A DNA stretch of 64,000 nucleotides from Dehalococcoidia bacterium (GTDB taxonomy: Bacteria; Chloroflexota; Dehalococcoidia; Bin125): positions 36,475-100,474 of the forward strand of contig JAJDYG010000019.1 in NCBI GenBank assembly GCA_022822855.1, written 5' to 3'. The notes beneath the pieces are model-generated. The model did no database searches. It was not told the origin of the DNA and worked only from the letters and a program-made list of their open reading frames with translations. Both the position numbers and the translations under genes were made by a program. Position 1 is the first letter of the stretch; each line of letters starts with the position of its first letter. This document shows, one piece after another, positions 62,972-64,000 of the stretch.

Positions 62972-64000
62972 ATGGAGCGTGCCTTGGCTCTGCGAACTGC
63001 CGCCGAATACGTGGAATCGCTGCGTGACGACCGGGAAATCTGGTACCGAGGCGAGCGCGTTGACGACGTCACCACACACCCGACGATCAGCAAGGCCGTC
63101 AAGCACGCCTGCATCGATTACGAGATGGCGGAATCGGACGAGTACCGCGATCTCGCCACATACGAAGAGGACGGCGAGTCCTATTCCGCCTACTACCGGA
63201 TCCCGCGGACGACGGACGACCTCCTCAATCGCTCGAGGCTGATCGAAGCCGCCACGGCCGAGGGCGACACCCTGGTTGTGCTGATCAAGGAGATTGGCAC
63301 GGACGCTCTGTTCGCCCTGTTGGCGGTCACCGCCGAGTTCGAGGACCAGACCTACTTCGAGCGGGTTAAGGCCTACTACGAGCACTGCCGCGCCAACGAC
63401 CTCTCACTCGCCGTCGCCCAGACCGATGTCAAAGGCGATCGGATCAAGCGGCCCGCCCAGCAGGAAGACCCGGACATGTACCTGCGGGTCGTGGAACGAC
63501 GGCCCGATGGCGTCGTCGTCCGCGGCGCCAAGGCCCACACCTCTGTCGTGACCAATACGAACGAGGTGATCGTCCTGCCGACCCGCGCCATGGGCGCCGA
63601 CGAGCAGGATTGGTCGATCGCCTTCGCCCTGCCGGTCAATACTCCGGGTCTGCGCTTCATCGCCTCGCCGTTTGGCGACAACTCCACTCACGAGGGTGAG
63701 CGGCCGATCTCCGCGGTGCGCAAGATGATGGAGACGATCACGATCTTCGACGACGTGTTCGTGCCCAATGATCGCATTTTCCTGAACGGCGACACGGACG
63801 CCGCCGGCCAGTTGGCGCTCACCTTCGTCGAGTACCACCGGTTCACCGCGGTCTCCTACAAGCTGCCATTGGTTGACGCGCTCGGCGGTTGCGCGGCACT
63901 GGCGGCCGACTACAACGGCATCCTCGGCGTCACACATGTGCGCGAGAAGTTCATCGACCTGATCGACTACGCCGAGACCACGCGCGCCTTGCTGGAGAAA
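62972..64000 (+). CDS. 4-hydroxybutyryl-CoA dehydratase / 4-hydroxyphenylacetate 3-hydroxylase (HpaB) family protein, 3' end outside window
   Basis: DPDMYLRVVERRPDGVVVRGAKAH, ITIFDDVFVPNDRIFL and AALAADYNGILGVTHV closely match AbfD/HpaB family sequences. Confidence 0.55.
   Translation, partial: MERALALRTAAEYVESLRDDREIWYRGERVDDVTTHPTISKAVKHACIDYEMAESDEYRDLATYEEDGESYSAYYRIPRTTDDLLNRSRLIEAATAEGDTLVVLIKEIGTDALFALLAVTAEFEDQTYFERVKAYYEHCRANDLSLAVAQTDVKGDRIKRPAQQEDPDMYLRVVERRPDGVVVRGAKAHTSVVTNTNEVIVLPTRAMGADEQDWSIAFALPVNTPGLRFIASPFGDNSTHEGERPISAVRKMMETITIFDDVFVPNDRIFLNGDTDAAGQLALTFVEYHRFTAVSYKLPLVDALGGCAALAADYNGILGVTHVREKFIDLIDYAETTRALLEK

Overview
This is a 64 kb segment of a high-G+C bacterial chromosome, roughly two-thirds G+C by eye, with long ORFs on both strands and many spurious Arg/Pro-rich antisense ORFs. 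By content it looks Chloroflexota/Thermomicrobia-like or actinobacterial; I cannot assign it firmly from sequence alone. Most of the window is core or accessory metabolism and transport: a DUF1800/DUF1501 pair, an NHL-repeat protein, a MutY-like glycosylase, an RsbU-RsbW-type phosphatase/kinase fusion with a STAS antagonist, and a class III aminotransferase. It also carries a flavin-dependent halogenase, an LLM oxidoreductase, two tandem giant FtsX-type permeases, a DUF309-dUTPase fusion followed by crcB, a ClC channel with CBS domains, metF, iscA, a cysteine desulfurase, trans-aconitate methyltransferase, nuoB, nuoI and nuoG, hisG, and an MbfA-like ferritin/VIT1 protein. The window ends in a partial 4-hydroxybutyryl-CoA dehydratase-like gene. 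The accessory content is the more interesting part. (1) A ~4.8 kb lower-GC islet at 43.2-48.0 kb encodes an N4/N6 methyltransferase fused to an Mrr-like nuclease domain. Directly upstream of it is an uncharacterised PD-(D/E)xK protein that I read as a candidate new restriction or defence nuclease. The islet also holds a DUF2283-like gene and a brnT/brnA toxin-antitoxin pair, and it is bracketed by two small paralogous coiled-coil/single-TM protein genes in inverted orientation. (2) An MNT-HEPN pair is translationally coupled to an unknown 97-aa protein and a MutY-like gene. (3) Three tandem Uma2 (DUF820) endonuclease paralogs share an exactly repeated junction. (4) One protein consists of two tandem NYN/PIN-like domains behind an unusually AT-rich leader. 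(5) A family of structured intergenic repeats (CCCCCTCTG ... TCTCCCCC ... GGGGGAGA) has at least ten copies, plus a repeat-dense 1.2 kb region (33.66-34.86 kb) where inverted ~85 bp elements flank a small acidic ORF. (6) A 4x35-bp tandem hairpin array lies upstream of nuoB. No rRNA, tRNA, CRISPR array, integrase or transposase was recognisable.
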